Positions 63,284 to 64,000 of a stretch of DNA of 64,000 nucleotides are shown in pieces. Made by a program: the position numbers and the translations under genes. Positions within the stretch are counted from its first letter, which is position 1, and every line of letters starts with the position of its first letter. The notes below the pieces were generated by a model. It was given only the letters and a program-made list of their open reading frames with translations. It was not told the DNA's origin and did not search any database. This DNA comes from an uncultured delta proteobacterium (GTDB lineage Bacteria > Desulfobacterota > Desulfobacteria > Desulfobacterales > B30-G6): positions 68,382 through 132,381 of the forward strand of contig CAWGLD010000004.1 in NCBI GenBank assembly GCA_963823335.1, read 5' to 3'.

Positions 63284-63843
63284 TTATTGAGCAATTTGCT
63301 GACGGCCTGGCCTCGCCACTTTCCTCTTCCCGAAGGTGTAGGAATATTATCCATATCCAGTTGGCGGGCGATTTTGTCATAGCTGAAGCCCTGTGCTCGC
63401 ATATCCCTTATCATGTCTAACGGTGTCGTTTCTACCAGGGCCGGGTCCTCATCCATGTTTTCCAAAACCGCAATGTTGGTTTGTCTTTCTGCCGTTTCAT
63501 CCAGCAGGTCGGCAGGGTCGCTTTCTTCGCTTCCGGTTCCAGTCAGTTTTTTTAAATACAGGGCGATGGCTTCCATGGCTTTGGCCTTGCGCTTTTCGAT
63601 TTCCAGAAAGTCTTTTTTGTCCGCAACCATCGTTTCAAGCAACGTCTTTACCGGTGGCAACAGTTTTGCTATGGTTACATACGCATTTTCCGCTATGTTG
63701 CCTTTGGTGTAATTGCCCCGTTTTCTTTTGTCCATACTGTTGTGCCTGTCACCGGGCCGATAAGGCATGTTGTCATTCCCTTTTCTGGTACGATCATAGC
63801 GCTTGTCTTTCCCGGTCCGAAGACTGTGGAGAAAGTCGTTCAT
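63280..63843 (-). CDS. hypothetical protein with C-terminal recombinase/resolvase-type DNA-binding segment
   Basis: The C-terminus ..GFSYDKIARQLDMDNIPTPSGRGKWRGQAVSKLL.. resembles the ..LN..GIPT..G..W....V..IL motif of serine-recombinase 'Recombinase' domains; the basic, low-complexity N-terminus has no catalytic motif. Confidence 0.5.
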   Translation of the reverse strand: MNDFLHSLRTGKDKRYDRTRKGNDNMPYRPGDRHNSMDKRKRGNYTKGNIAENAYVTIAKLLPPVKTLLETMVADKKDFLEIEKRKAKAMEAIALYLKKLTGTGSEESDPADLLDETAERQTNIAVLENMDEDPALVETTPLDMIRDMRAQGFSYDKIARQLDMDNIPTPSGRGKWRGQAVSKLLNK

Positions 63844-64000
63844 AAAATACCCCCATTTTTTGGTTCAAATACTTGGATAAAGACTCCAGTCAAATATCCC
63901 GACTTGCGGGAATTAGAAACAATTACCACATGCGGATTGAATCACAATACTTTCATTTCGAAACAAGAACAGCACAAAACCGGCAACGTCTAACCTAAGT

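Overview
A 64-kb chromosomal window from a Gram-negative anaerobe. The gene content (sigma-54-driven MSHA-type pilus, MglA-like GTPase, ADP-forming acetyl-CoA synthetase, EF-G paralogue) suggests a deltaproteobacterial, Desulfobacterales-like organism; that assignment is inference only. I found no rRNA, tRNA, CRISPR array, transposase or phage genes.

Gene blocks, in order:
- 1-10 kb: glmM (3' part), a BAX-inhibitor-like membrane protein, the xseA-xseB-ispA-dxs-tlyA operon, and an EF-G paralogue whose frame is broken by one extra base.
- 10-12.3 kb: a secreted SNase/Ada-Zn nuclease and an SPL-type radical-SAM protein.
- 12.3-25.9 kb: an acetate-switch-type locus. It holds an SSS-domain histidine kinase, a sensor-DnaQ exonuclease fusion, a cNMP/CBS/DUF294 nucleotidyltransferase, a receiver plus a truncated duplicate of it, actP with its small subunit, acs, and a TetR regulator.
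- 26-31 kb: a ParB-like protein, purC, and a PilZ / DUF4388-cNMP / MglA-like GTPase / TPR-PilZ-like module.
- 31.7-39.9 kb: mdh, uvrC, uvrB, cysS, ispF and a class III nucleotide cyclase.
- 40.1-57.6 kb: a complete MSHA-like type IV pilus cluster with a membrane-anchored sigma-54 activator, a -24/-12 promoter in front of the pilin, and a 922-aa lectin/LamG protein.
- 58.7-63.8 kb: an ADP-forming acyl-CoA synthetase, an RlmD-like methyltransferase and a hypothetical protein.

The most unusual content is non-coding; almost every intergenic gap carries structured repeats.
- (i) Long-stem palindromic elements. One full-length copy (48.5-49.0 kb) carries a four-helix-bundle gene of the 23S-rRNA intervening-sequence protein family. 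At least ten miniature derivatives keep the arms and the ORF ends. A second lineage has unrelated arms and a remnant of the same gene type. The arms are built from degenerate 7- or 8-nt tandem units.
- (ii) A bipartite hairpin motif, GCGAC-N3-GTCGC plus ATAAAATCG-N5-CGATTTTAT. It has 12 copies, each sitting on a stop or start codon with a strict orientation rule, and it sometimes occurs as inverted pairs (REPIN-like).
- (iii) A third ~55-nt repeat present in three copies.

All protein-family calls come from reading motifs by eye; no database search was run.
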